Source of the DNA: the human T2T-CHM13v2.0 reference genome, Homo sapiens
NCBI RefSeq assembly: GCF_009914755.1
Contig: NC_060945.1
DNA length: 64,000 nt
Direction: 5' to 3' (one strand)
In this document: positions 62,899-64,000 of the stretch, piece after piece
How positions within the stretch are numbered: the first letter of the stretch is position 1
Layout: each line of letters begins with the position of its first letter
The notes under the pieces: model-generated
The model's database searches: none
Told to the model about the DNA's origin: nothing
Seen by the model: only the letters and a program-made list of their open reading frames with translations
Translations under genes and position numbers: made by a program

Positions 62899-63758
<860 letters not shown>

Positions 63759-64000
63759 TCATTAAACTTTGTGACCATTTCATGCTCACTGCTTTCTTGC
63801 CTGGGAGCTAATGGTGAGGAAAGGTCACTGGGAACCAGCGCACCAACCTCAGACATTGATTTTGTTCCAGCCTTTTTTCCTGGGCAGGGGTGGCTATCAC
63901 CTGCTGGTAGGCAGCGGCAGGCCCACTGTCCTGCCTGCCCTCTGACTGCGGTGTCGGCGACTGCTGCCCGAGGTTTATTTTGAGAAAGAAAAGCCGATTA

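Overview
Human genomic DNA from 21q22.3 (from memory roughly GRCh38 chr21:44.24-44.30 Mb; not verified). It is not prokaryotic, and I found no CRISPR array or RNA gene. Gene order: 5' end of ICOSLG (minus strand, first coding exon 869-882, in a CpG island); complete DNMT3L (minus strand, 11 coding exons spanning 6458-21319, 386/387 aa, plus a non-coding exon 1 ending at 21800); a ~24 kb Alu/L1/LTR-rich intergenic region containing a tandem NF-kB element and a HERV-K(HML-2) solo LTR; complete AIRE (plus strand, 14 exons spanning 46063-57783, 545 aa); and exon 1 of PFKL (plus strand, 60163-60247). All exon boundaries were read by hand, are GT-AG, and sum to intact reading frames. Most ORF-track entries are artefacts of high GC content or Alu sequence. 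I cannot support a new protein-coding system here. The best leads are regulatory: a solo LTR between the AIRE kB enhancer and promoter that points toward DNMT3L, a kB/CRE cluster in AIRE intron 12, an overlapping uORF on DNMT3L, several unusual splice features, a young AluYa5, and local duplications.
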